The notes: a model not told the origin generated them from the sequence alone. DNA of 64,000 bases from a candidate division CPR3 bacterium 4484_211 (GCA_002084955.1 MZGJ01000004.1:3155-67154), one strand, 5' to 3'. Shown: positions 26,577 to 35,306, counted from the stretch's first letter. Numbers and translations are program-made.

Positions 26577-28334
26577 CTACAATTCTAGAGCTTTGCTTTC
26601 AATCCTATCCTTTATCCTCTCTATAAACTCCCCTAGAGGTTGTTCTCCCAGGTCTTTCTCGGATCTTAGTCTCACGCTTACCGTCCCGTTTTGGGCTTCT
26701 TTTCTGCCGACTATAGCCATATAGGGAATTTTTTCCAGTTGAGCGCTACGAATTTTAGACTGCATGGTTTCGTTGCGGGTGTCAATTTCTACTCGGATGT
26801 CGTTTTCTTTCAACTTCTCCCCTACTCTCTCGGCATAGAGGTTTTGTTCCTGCGAGATGGGAATTACTTTAACTTGTACCGGTGACAGCCAGACGGGGAA
26901 ATTTCCCGCGGTGTGTTCTATTAAAACGCCCATAAAGCGCTCCAGAGAACCAAGCAGGGCGCGGTGGAGCATAAAAGGCTGACGGCGTTTTCCTTTTTCA
27001 TCAATATAGGTCATGTTGAATTTTTCAGGGAGGTTAAAGTCTACCTGGATGGTGGTTAACTGTTGATTGCGGCCAAGGGCGTCTTTGTACATAAAATCTA
27101 TCTTGGGGCCGTAGAACGCCGCCTCTCCTTTAAAGCGCCGGTAATTTAGTTTCTTTTGTTTAAGGGCGTTTTCCAGGGCGGTCTCGGCCAGTTCCCAACT
27201 TTTGTTATCCCCCATAAACTTTTCCTTATTTTGGGGATCTCGGACAGACAGGCTGACCAGTGGTTTATGGAAACCAAATTTGTTGTATATATATTCGGTT
27301 AGATTAATCATTTCCACGAGTTCTCCGGGAAGCTGTTTGGGCGTGCAGATGATGTGGGCGTCATCCTGGGTAAATCCTCGGGGTCTAAGAATTCCGTTGA
27401 GTTCGCCGGACTTTTCGTACCGGTAGACGGTGCCCATTTCTGCCAATCTCAGGGGAAGGTCGCGATAGCTGTGTGACTCGGCCTGATATATTTTTACGTG
27501 TCCCGGGCAGTTCATGGGTTTTAGTACGTACTGCTCGTTGTCAATTTGCATCGGCGAGTACATGGAATCGCGGTAAAATTGCCAGTGGCCGGAGCGTTTC
27601 CAAAGATTAAGGTTGGCAATATGCGGAGTGGAAACCGGCTGGTATCCCCGCTTTAGATAGGTATTAAAAGCAAAATCCATAATTTCCTTGCGGATGGTGG
27701 CTCCCTTAGGCCGGTAAAGGGGAAGGCCTTGGCCAAACTCTTCATCAAACAAAAAAAGCTTTAGTGACTTGCCGATTTTTCGGTGATCTCTCTTCTTAGC
27801 TTCTGCCTGAAGTCGCAGATACTCGGCCAGATCTTTTTGTGAAAGGAAAGCGGTTCCGTAGATTCGCGTAAGCATTTTGTTTTTTTCGTTCCCCCGCCAG
27901 TAAGCGCCGGCGATAGATAGCAGTTTATAGGCTTTTATTTCCCCGGTGGATTTAACATGGGGGCCGGCGCAAAGATCTACAAATTGATCTCCTGTCCAGT
28001 AAACGGTAGCCGGTTCGCCTTTTTGTTCTATTTCATCCAGCCATTCCTGCTTGTATTCGTTATTTTTAAAAAGCTGGCGCGCTTCTTTAATGCTGATTTG
28101 TTCGCGATGAAGAGGAAGGTCGGCGTCAATTATTTTCTGCATTTCCTTTTCAATTTTAGGGAAGTCAGATTCGGAAATTTTGTATTCGCCCGGGTCAAAA
28201 TCAAAATAAAAGCCGTTTTCTATGGCTGGCCCCATGGCCATCTTTATTCCCGGATAAAGCTGGTACATAGCCTGGGTTAAGACATGTTCTGTGGTGTGGC
28301 GAAGTGCTTGTAGTTGATTGTTTTTTTCTGACAT
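26577..28334 (-). CDS. thrS: Threonyl-tRNA synthetase (short form, apparently without N-terminal TGS domain)
   Basis: HRDLPLRLAEMGTVYRYEKSGELNGILRPRGFTQDDAHIIC class II motifs; 585 aa. Confidence 0.9.
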   Translation of the reverse strand: MSEKNNQLQALRHTTEHVLTQAMYQLYPGIKMAMGPAIENGFYFDFDPGEYKISESDFPKIEKEMQKIIDADLPLHREQISIKEARQLFKNNEYKQEWLDEIEQKGEPATVYWTGDQFVDLCAGPHVKSTGEIKAYKLLSIAGAYWRGNEKNKMLTRIYGTAFLSQKDLAEYLRLQAEAKKRDHRKIGKSLKLFLFDEEFGQGLPLYRPKGATIRKEIMDFAFNTYLKRGYQPVSTPHIANLNLWKRSGHWQFYRDSMYSPMQIDNEQYVLKPMNCPGHVKIYQAESHSYRDLPLRLAEMGTVYRYEKSGELNGILRPRGFTQDDAHIICTPKQLPGELVEMINLTEYIYNKFGFHKPLVSLSVRDPQNKEKFMGDNKSWELAETALENALKQKKLNYRRFKGEAAFYGPKIDFMYKDALGRNQQLTTIQVDFNLPEKFNMTYIDEKGKRRQPFMLHRALLGSLERFMGVLIEHTAGNFPVWLSPVQVKVIPISQEQNLYAERVGEKLKENDIRVEIDTRNETMQSKIRSAQLEKIPYMAIVGRKEAQNGTVSVRLRSEKDLGEQPLGEFIERIKDRIESKALEL

Positions 28335-28560
28335 AACAAAAAATCACCTCTTGATTGCGGGACTCCGATACAAGACCGGAGGGTTCCATCCCCCTTATCG
28401 CAAGGCGATCTCTTAATTACGCACCGTTCGCAGTGCAGGCGCTGTTGTTGAATGTAAGTGGCATTCGGGGTTTTACTGAGGATTTCTCAACTTCGGCATC
28501 CTTCTCTGTACAGCAAAATCCCCTACACTCTTACCAAACAGATTAGGCTGGTAATTCCTA
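28335..28560 (-). promoter_or_regulatory. Long (~225 nt) structured 5' leader of thrS; weak T-box-like features
   Basis: Minus-strand RNA contains AGAGA, an ACC (Thr) triplet in an A-rich context, AAUUAAG...GGGGGAUGGAACCCUCCGG (partial resemblance to the T-box consensus AAUUAGGGUGGUACCGCGG) and a hairpin CUCCG-gucuuguau-CGGAG just before the SD GAGGUGA. Confidence 0.25.
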
Positions 28561-28591
28561 TTATACGCAATTAGTCAAACAAAGCAACTTT

Positions 28592-28879
28592 TTATCTTGG
28601 TAGTTTGGTTAATCCTTGCTCCACTGCTCTGGCGATGATACCAATAAGGTTTCCGATAATCGGAATATCGCCGTAAAGGCTAAAGGCGTAGGCTATGATT
28701 CCAACTAAGACGGTGGCTCCCATTACCGTACCGAAACCCCAAGCCAGGCCGCCAATGAAGTTATTTCTAAAAATAAGTGAAAGAGGGATTTTGGCTCTTG
28801 CTTCGGCAATTTCTTCGTGGAAAACGTTTAATGCTTTCTTTTTCGGTTGATTGTTTTCCAAATTAACCATATTACCCAT
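28592..28879 (-). CDS. Hypothetical small membrane protein
   Basis: 95 aa with two TM segments (FIGGLAWGFGTVMGATVLVGIIAYAF; IIGNLIGIIA). The start codon overlaps a REP copy. Confidence 0.35.
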   Translation of the reverse strand: MGNMVNLENNQPKKKALNVFHEEIAEARAKIPLSLIFRNNFIGGLAWGFGTVMGATVLVGIIAYAFSLYGDIPIIGNLIGIIARAVEQGLTKLPR

Positions 28880-28899
28880 GAAGTACCCGGTACTTCATG
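28877..28899. repeat. REP copy A (full palindrome CATGAAGTACC-C-GGTACTTCATG)
   Basis: 11-bp perfect arms. Overlaps the ATG of the 28592..28879 gene and lies 100 nt from tRNA-Val. Confidence 0.8.
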
Positions 28900-28998
28900 T
28901 CGCTCTTGTTGCAACCAAAACCGGGTTGCTGTCTCCTGCGGCCTGCCTCGACTCGGGTTGCTTCTTGAAGAGAGTGTGGGGCGGCTGCCCAATATACC

Positions 28999-29075
28999 TG
29001 GTGAGCCCGGGTGGATTTGAACCACCGACCTCTACGATGTCAACGTAGCACTCTTACCAGCTGAGCTACGGGCTC
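28999..29075 (-). tRNA. tRNA-Val (anticodon GAC), CCA encoded
   Basis: GAGCCCGUAGCUCAGCUGGUAAGAGUGCUACGUUGACAUCGUAGAGGUCGGUGGUUCAAAUCCACCCGGGCUCACCA: 7-bp acceptor, D/anticodon/T arms, GUUCAAAUC T-loop. Confidence 0.85.
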
Positions 29076-30202
29076 TTTCCGATTTTTTCTTTTAGCCAAG
29101 AAACTACTTTTCGTTGGCGAAGCATATATTTAATATACTCTCTCTGGGCTTGGTTTTCAAATTGTTCTCTAATTTTACTATCAGAGATCTGGTTAATTTC
29201 GTCGTCTACTTCTTGATCACTCGCTTTGATATTTTGCTCCTGAGCGATATGGTTGAGGATAAGGTCGATTTTTAAGTTACGCTCGATAGCCTGCCGCCAT
29301 CTGTCCCTTAGCTGGTCGATGGTCAGGTTGCGTTGCTTCAAGAATTCCTCAATGGTGGATTGAGTCTGCTCCAGTTGCTTGGTCAGTTGTTTTTCTTCTT
29401 GTTCCAGTCGGGTCTTAACGAGGGTTTCAGGTAATTCCAAGTCGGGGGCGCTGGCGATTAGGAAATTAAAGATTAGTTCTTCCAATTGATGTTCAGCGTT
29501 GGCTCGTTTAATATTTAAGAGCAGTTTTTTTACCTTTTTTCTGAGGGATTCAAGGTTTTGTTCACCAATCATTTTTGCCCAGTCGTCGTCGGGTGCCTGT
29601 TTGGTTAATTTGGCTAATTTTTCTTTGGATTGCCTATTTTCTTTTTGAGCTTTTTTTTCTGCTTCGGCTAAGGTGGCGGCGGTGGCAATTTCACATCTAG
29701 CCTCCTGAGGCTGCTTTTTCTTCCATTCGTTGAACAGTTGTTGTATAGACTGATCAATTTCAGTTTCCTTAATTATTACTGAAGGCCGGGAAATGGGCAG
29801 ATGCTCGTAGTCTTTAATTTTTATCTCCGGACGGACTTCCACGATGTATTCTATGGTGTATTTAGGAAGTCGGTTTTGATTGGAAAATAGCTTTTCTAGT
29901 AGTTTGATATCTTGGGGTAATTTCACTTCCGGTTGACTGATGGGCCAAAGTTTGTGTTTTTTCACGGCTTGTTGAAAAAGATCATTGACCAAAAAATCTA
30001 GTGCTGTGAGGGCCAGTTTAGTGGTATTCACTCGGTCTCGCACCATGGGCAAGGGAGCATTTCCTTTTCTAAATCCTGGGATACTAATTTCCTCGCCTAA
30101 TTTTTTTAGGGCTTTATTCTCGGATTTTTCAAGGTCTTTCTTGGTGGGCGCGGCGGTGATTTTTACTTTACTTTTGGGCAGTTTTTCAATTTTAGTTGAC
30201 AT
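29066..30202 (-). CDS. tig: Trigger factor (short form; PPIase domain apparently absent)
   Basis: Ribosome-binding signature GFRKGNAP near the N-terminus; 378 aa. The stop overlaps the 5' end of tRNA-Val by ~10 nt. Confidence 0.75.
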   Translation of the reverse strand: MSTKIEKLPKSKVKITAAPTKKDLEKSENKALKKLGEEISIPGFRKGNAPLPMVRDRVNTTKLALTALDFLVNDLFQQAVKKHKLWPISQPEVKLPQDIKLLEKLFSNQNRLPKYTIEYIVEVRPEIKIKDYEHLPISRPSVIIKETEIDQSIQQLFNEWKKKQPQEARCEIATAATLAEAEKKAQKENRQSKEKLAKLTKQAPDDDWAKMIGEQNLESLRKKVKKLLLNIKRANAEHQLEELIFNFLIASAPDLELPETLVKTRLEQEEKQLTKQLEQTQSTIEEFLKQRNLTIDQLRDRWRQAIERNLKIDLILNHIAQEQNIKASDQEVDDEINQISDSKIREQFENQAQREYIKYMLRQRKVVSWLKEKIGKSP

Positions 30203-30244
30203 GAAAGGATTATATCATGAAAGGCCAATACACATTTTTGCTCT

Positions 30245-30859
30245 TTGGGCTGGTATAATGTAGCAGTGGAAGATACGCTTGTTATAGACATAGAAACGAA
30301 GAAATTACTGCGTGATATTGGACATAGCGGGATTGAGATGCCCAAATTGGGGATTTCTGTGGTGGGCGTGTATAGTTATGTGCAAGATAAATTTATGGCT
30401 TTCCGTGAGGAAGAGTTTGACGAATTGGAAAAACTCTTGTCGCAGGCAGGACAAATTGTGGGGTTTAATCTTTTTGGTTTTGACTATCCGGTGATGTGTG
30501 GGCATTTGGATTTCGATTTTGCTAGAGTAAAAACGGTGGATATTTTGGATGATATTAGACAGGCGGTTGGTCATCGCCTTAGTTTAAATTCGGTGGCGAA
30601 AACAACTCTTGGTGTGCAAAAAAGCGCCGATGGTCTGCAAGCGGTGCGTTTTTATCAGGAGGGGCGGTGGGAAGAGCTGGAGAAATACTGTTTAGATGAT
30701 GTACGAATTACCCGTGATTTGTTTAACTTTGGCCGCCGGCATAAATTTATAAAAGTTGCCGCCAATTACGGGCTGGGGACAAAGAACGTTCTCGTTAATT
30801 GGAGTTTAATGGATGGCGTTTTTTCTTCTGTAAGTGGTTCTCAAAAATCTTTACTTTAA
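30245..30859 (+). CDS. DEDDy-type 3'-5' exonuclease domain protein (RNase D / DnaQ-like fold)
   Basis: Exo I VIDIET (D-x-E), Exo II GFNLFGFDYPVM, Exo III YCLDD (Y-x3-D). Confidence 0.5.
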   Translation: MGWYNVAVEDTLVIDIETKKLLRDIGHSGIEMPKLGISVVGVYSYVQDKFMAFREEEFDELEKLLSQAGQIVGFNLFGFDYPVMCGHLDFDFARVKTVDILDDIRQAVGHRLSLNSVAKTTLGVQKSADGLQAVRFYQEGRWEELEKYCLDDVRITRDLFNFGRRHKFIKVAANYGLGTKNVLVNWSLMDGVFSSVSGSQKSLL

Positions 30860-30927
30860 AAATTAAAGAGGTTTGATGCTCTATTTTGTCGGGCTTGTTG
30901 CATTTTTAGGAAAGATGTGATGATGAT

Positions 30928-31392
30928 TTAGTTGCCGTTGCAAAAGAAGCTAAAATAGATAACATCCTGTCCGGTGCGGAAGTGATTTTTTAGACTTCCT
31001 TCAGGAATGAAATCCTCTTTTATGGCTAAGATCATCATCGGTTTGTTTTGGGCGTGAATTAAAGCCAGAACCTTTCTAAATCCTTGTTTTCGAGCGTAAT
31101 TCTTTGCGGCTTGCAGTAATCTTCTGCCAATGCCTTGCTTTTTGTATTCGGGGTGAACACTTAGAGAGACTGTCATCCCGATGCCGTTTTTAAGATTGGA
31201 GAACCCAATCATTCCGACGATAGTGTGGTTTTTTTCTGCTACCCAGAATTTACTATGTAAGCTAGTTTCAATTAGCGACTGTTCTGAATATAGATCGCCA
31301 AGGTCTTTTTGATTTAGGTTAATAAGTTTAACGCAGGCTTTGGCGTCGGTTTTTTGAAAGGGGCGGATTTTAAAGGTTAATTGGTCGGGCAT
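30928..31392 (-). CDS. GNAT family N-acetyltransferase
   Basis: Acetyl-CoA binding QGIGRRLLQAAKNYARKQG (Q/RxxGxG/A motif); 154 aa. Confidence 0.75.
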   Translation of the reverse strand: MPDQLTFKIRPFQKTDAKACVKLINLNQKDLGDLYSEQSLIETSLHSKFWVAEKNHTIVGMIGFSNLKNGIGMTVSLSVHPEYKKQGIGRRLLQAAKNYARKQGFRKVLALIHAQNKPMMILAIKEDFIPEGSLKNHFRTGQDVIYFSFFCNGN

Positions 31393-31556
31393 GGCGCTTT
31401 TAATTATAGAAGTTGGGAGGTCTTTATCAACTTCTGTCAGTCTCGAACTTTTTTTGCCCCTCAGCTTTGTTGTTGGAACTATTATTTTTGGTTAAGGGTG
31501 GGATTGGTGAGTTTACCCAGACGATTTGGGCGACTGGCCAGATGGCTGATATGAAG

Positions 31557-31579
31557 GCCTCATGAAGTACCGGGTACTG
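31557..31579 (+). repeat. REP copy B (GCCTCATGAAGTACCGGGTACTG); extended identity from 31542; adjacent internal duplication GGGTACTGCTC x2
   Basis: Exact 23-mer; supplies the ATG of the 31562 ORF (MKYRVLLGY...). Confidence 0.8.
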
Positions 31580-32428
31580 CTCGGGTACTGCTCCTGTTGC
31601 ATATTGGACAGCTGTTTGTTATACTTCGCGTTAATGTCAATCCCACAAGTTTCCTCAAGGAATACCAAAAACGAAATTTTGGCTGCTTATCAACAGTTAC
31701 GGGATATGGTAAGCCAGCGGAAGGAGACTCCGGCGGTGTCATTTCGCGGGAAGATTATTGCCCAGGTGGAGAAAATAGAAGCGAGCTTGGCGGCTAAGCA
31801 GGCCGAGGTAGGTGAATTAGAAGAAAGAATTGCACAGTTAAAGCAGGAGTTGCAACTGGGCGAGAGGATGAAGTTGACTCGGGAGCAGTTGGAAAAGTTG
31901 CAGGAAAAGATTGCCCAAGAAGAGCAGCGGTGGCAAAGACAGCGCCGCCAGTTGGAAGAAGAGCTGAAGGATGTGAGGTTGTGGAATGAGAAGCAATGGG
32001 AAAAAGAACTGGGGCAGAAACGGTGGGAATTGGAAATGGAGGAAAAGAAGAGAATGAGGATTCTTGAGGAAAAGGAAAAACTCTTCGGGCAGAAGGCGGC
32101 AGATTATAAGCAGTTAAAAGAGCAGGTAAAGTCTTTTCCTGAGCGGTTAGAGAAAGCGGCTAAAGATGGTATTTCGGAAGGTTTGGCGTCTGCAAGAGAA
32201 GAATTTGAGGTGGAGAAAAAGAGCATGAGGCAGCAGTTTGAATCGGAAAAGCAACTTTTAAATCAACAGATTGAAAATTTAGAAAACCGCCTGCAGGAAG
32301 AGAAGGAGGCAAAGAAGAGACTGGAACAGCAGTTGGCTTTGGCTTCTCAGCAGATTAAGCAACTGGCAGTGGCGGCACTGGAAAATAAAACATCTAAAGT
32401 TCAAGAAACAACTCCCAAGACTGCATAA
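31562..32428 (+). CDS. Hypothetical coiled-coil protein (E/K/Q/L-rich)
   Basis: 288 aa; heptad-like EELKxxLEE repeats throughout, no enzymatic motifs. Bracketed by direct REP copies. Confidence 0.4.
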   Translation: MKYRVLLGYCSCCILDSCLLYFALMSIPQVSSRNTKNEILAAYQQLRDMVSQRKETPAVSFRGKIIAQVEKIEASLAAKQAEVGELEERIAQLKQELQLGERMKLTREQLEKLQEKIAQEEQRWQRQRRQLEEELKDVRLWNEKQWEKELGQKRWELEMEEKKRMRILEEKEKLFGQKAADYKQLKEQVKSFPERLEKAAKDGISEGLASAREEFEVEKKSMRQQFESEKQLLNQQIENLENRLQEEKEAKKRLEQQLALASQQIKQLAVAALENKTSKVQETTPKTA

Positions 32429-32684
32429 GAATTCTTCTCGTCTAAGTTACTAGAGTTTTGTGGATCCTACTAGTTTCCTTTGTAGAAGTTAGTTTGAGCT
32501 CCGCTGGTGTCCTTTGGGTAATTTTTTGTTGAAAAAGGGCTTCTGTTCGGGTGGAATTGTTTAGAGAACTTGATTAGGAAAGTGGCTCAAATGGCGAGCC
32601 AACGAATTTTTCGCTTGAATAATTGGGATTATTGCTCTGGTAAATGGGTAAATTTAGTTTGATTCCACTATGGCTGATATGAAA

Positions 32685-32707
32685 GCCTCATGAAGTACCG
32701 GGTACTG
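32685..32707 (+). repeat. REP copy C (exact 23-mer); extended identity from 32670 (ATGGCTGATATGAAAGCC...)
   Basis: 37/38 nt identical to 31542..31579. Confidence 0.8.
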
Positions 32708-32728
32708 TCTTGCAAAACTGCGTTTAAT

Positions 32729-33691
32729 TTAAAGTGGATGAATGTTCTGTTTTGGAGCTATCTCGACTACATAATCCCCTTCCCAGACAGTATTTGTGTC
32801 CGCGTGCATAATCACTACGCCGTTTTCTTTAGCCTTGGTAACTATTTCTTTGCCCAGAGTTGCTGATGGGTAGAGTTTGTAAAGTGGTTGCCCTTTGCTA
32901 AAAGATTCTTCTGGGCTTACCAGATACTTAACAAATCCGCTCACTGGAGCACGGTATATTTTAAGTTTGTCAATATAAAACTGTCTGTTCGCGTTGCTAC
33001 TTTTTCCTTTTTGTGTTGTCCTAATCCTGATCACTTCTAGATAATTCAGTATGTTAAGGATGCCTTCTACAGTGCGATCTATGTTTTGTTGGTCGAATTC
33101 GTCGTGTGATCCGCACTCTATAGCGATTGATTTCTGTTTCTCGATTATTCGAGCGGCTGTAAAGGGCATACCTCCACCCTTTTTAGTTGCTTCATGCATG
33201 TCAAAAATTATTGAGTAACACATGTTTGAGGCTTTAGCGATTTTGAGATATTGTTTTGAGGGAATAATGAGATATGGCCTACTCCTATTTGCGGTATGTA
33301 GATCAATGGAGAATTTGCTATCGGATGCCAGATTTGAGAGCTGTCGTGCTAGCCGCTCGGCACCTGTTCCTGAACTTGATCCGGGAAAGTTGCGATTAAA
33401 GTCTTTTCCGTCATAGAGAGAGAATTTTCCGCTGGTATAGTAGTAAATTTTCTGATTCCAGGAGTAAGGATTGCATATGGGTACAAGCGTTATTCTGCCA
33501 AGTATCTTTGTTTTTTGAAGTTCATGTATTAGTTGGTGAAAGATGAAAAAAGTTGTTTCTCCCCCGTGAATACCCCCTTGGATATATATTGATTGACCTT
33601 TGTTGTCAGGCCCGACAATATAATAAGGGAGAGAAATCTTACCTCCTGTAATAGAGTAGCCAATTTGTAGATTTTGTCTTTTCACTTTCAT
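32729..33691 (-). CDS. Succinylglutamate desuccinylase/aspartoacylase (AstE/AspA) family zinc deacylase-like protein
   Basis: GGIHGGETT (cf. GxHGNE zinc site of the family); 320 aa. Confidence 0.5.
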   Translation of the reverse strand: MKVKRQNLQIGYSITGGKISLPYYIVGPDNKGQSIYIQGGIHGGETTFFIFHQLIHELQKTKILGRITLVPICNPYSWNQKIYYYTSGKFSLYDGKDFNRNFPGSSSGTGAERLARQLSNLASDSKFSIDLHTANRSRPYLIIPSKQYLKIAKASNMCYSIIFDMHEATKKGGGMPFTAARIIEKQKSIAIECGSHDEFDQQNIDRTVEGILNILNYLEVIRIRTTQKGKSSNANRQFYIDKLKIYRAPVSGFVKYLVSPEESFSKGQPLYKLYPSATLGKEIVTKAKENGVVIMHADTNTVWEGDYVVEIAPKQNIHPL

Positions 33692-33782
33692 ATCTAAGAG
33701 TATTTTAGCATGAGTTTAACCTGGAGAGGTTCAAGAGAACTTAAAGTTGGCTTGTCTCTTGAACCTCTCACAGGACCCGTTT

Positions 33783-35306
33783 TTATCCAAACATCACTTT
33801 TCGGGCAGCCGGAATGATTTGTTGCCCGAAAATTGTCAGCTCTTCTTGGCTGGAGTGAAAGATGGCCGGTAATCCCCCCCAGCTGTAGACTTGGGCCGGC
33901 GCCAGCAGACGCGGATCCCCGGCCCGGGTTCTCTTGGTGAAGACCTGGCCGGGCCGGGCGGCCCAGCAGAGGATCTGGCCGGTTTTTTCGTTAGCCGGCA
34001 CTAACCGACCGGCCTCCCATTTCCACCAGCCGTTCATGTTGCCCACAACGGGTAATGGCAGCTCGGCCTCTGGCAGAGGGTGGATATCAAACTGCCATCC
34101 TCCAGCTTCGGCCACGCTTTGGCGATTGTACTCCTCTGGCCGAAGCCAGGAAAAGTCTTCTTCGCCTGAGGCGGCGAGAAGCCAGAGACCGAATGTGGAA
34201 GGCCGTCCTTTCATCAGGGCTCGACGGTCGTGTGAAAACGAAGTTCCCTGGTACCGCGCGTTGATTTCGTGCGGGACTACTCGCTCTCCTTCGAGGTCGA
34301 TGATAAAGTCAATCCCGAAGATCCCGATGTATCCGAATTCTTGGTGTAGGTGTTGGCCTACCCGCACCATCACATTTAGGTACTGAACCTGGATCCTCTC
34401 CGGCCATGGATTTGTCCAGTCATCACCGACGGCGCCCTGGGGTTTGCCGCCGGTGATGTGGCTAATCTGACCCGCGGAAGGTTTGTGAGACAAGGGGTCG
34501 ACGAGCACGACCCCACCGGGCAGGACCACTGCCTGCCCATTAGTTTCGTAGCCCTCGACAAACTCGACGACCCGGTACCACATGCCCGGGCCGGCCTCCC
34601 GGAGCATGTGGACTGCGTCGGACCAAGTGTGGTACACTCCGACGATCCGGGTCCCTGACCCTCCGGCAGAATCGTCGGTTTGTACCACGCACTTCTCTCT
34701 GAAGAGAGATCGAACTTCCTCCCATTCTGGGAGTTGGGGCGTGGTCCCCTCTATAAAATGTGGAGGGTCTACACCTGCTCCCTGAAGAATGGGGGCAAAG
34801 TTCTTTTTGGGCTCGATCAGTTTTGTTACCCTGAAGGGGACATAAACCTGAACGAGCCCCCTCTTTTTGGAGAGGCGGTCCGCTTCAGTCCGGAAGCCAT
34901 CCCAAGCTCCGCGTGTAAACACGGAGCTGTACAGGATGTAGGGGCCTACCAAAACTCCATTAGGGTTGGAGAGCATCCAATCCCACAATAAGGGCAGGTG
35001 GGTCCCCTCCGGGTCGAAGACGAGGTCAGGTGTGGGTTGGCCGGGCTTGTCCAAAGTAACGGATAACCGAGCCCGGCCGCGCCCGATGGTGGTCAGCTCC
35101 AAATTGGGCTCGGGAAGAAGCCCGAAGTTGACCAGGTTGTACAAGATTGGCCGCGTGTGGATCGCGGCTAGGGAGCGACTCCAAAGGGCTTGCTGTAACC
35201 GGGTTGCAAATTGGTCTAGCATCTCTGGCCTCCTTTTTGAAAGATTTAAAGAGCAAAATCGAAGTGAATTAAAAACGGGAAGAAAAGAAATAACAAGAGT
35301 AGGCAA
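33783..35306 (-). CDS. ATP-grasp fold ligase (~60% GC, compositionally foreign)
   Basis: VVQTDDSAGGSGTRIV (ATP-grasp K/GSxGxG-like loop) and C-terminal GIFGIDFIIDLEGERVVPHEINARYQG (Mg/ATP E-x-N). Hand-counted GC of 34381-34440 is 60%, against 32% (33001-33060) and 40% (35521-35580) in the neighbours. Confidence 0.6.
   Translation of the reverse strand: MPTLVISFLPVFNSLRFCSLNLSKRRPEMLDQFATRLQQALWSRSLAAIHTRPILYNLVNFGLLPEPNLELTTIGRGRARLSVTLDKPGQPTPDLVFDPEGTHLPLLWDWMLSNPNGVLVGPYILYSSVFTRGAWDGFRTEADRLSKKRGLVQVYVPFRVTKLIEPKKNFAPILQGAGVDPPHFIEGTTPQLPEWEEVRSLFREKCVVQTDDSAGGSGTRIVGVYHTWSDAVHMLREAGPGMWYRVVEFVEGYETNGQAVVLPGGVVLVDPLSHKPSAGQISHITGGKPQGAVGDDWTNPWPERIQVQYLNVMVRVGQHLHQEFGYIGIFGIDFIIDLEGERVVPHEINARYQGTSFSHDRRALMKGRPSTFGLWLLAASGEEDFSWLRPEEYNRQSVAEAGGWQFDIHPLPEAELPLPVVGNMNGWWKWEAGRLVPANEKTGQILCWAARPGQVFTKRTRAGDPRLLAPAQVYSWGGLPAIFHSSQEELTIFGQQIIPAARKVMFG

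Noticed and set aside
28335-28560. Calling the thrS leader a definite T-box riboswitch
   Set aside because: Only a partial match to the T-box consensus and no clear terminator. Kept as a low-confidence candidate rather than an ncRNA feature.
28851-29048. 65-aa plus-strand ORF beginning MFSKLTILPMKYPVLH
   Set aside because: Overlaps the REP copy and tRNA-Val on the opposite strand; the MKY... stretch is just the REP read in frame. No coding support.
33783-35306. High-GC ATP-grasp gene as assembly contamination
   Set aside because: Cannot be excluded without reads. The gene is intact, co-oriented and tightly spaced with its neighbours, with coherent flanking intergenic sequence, so it is reported as probable HGT with an explicit check.
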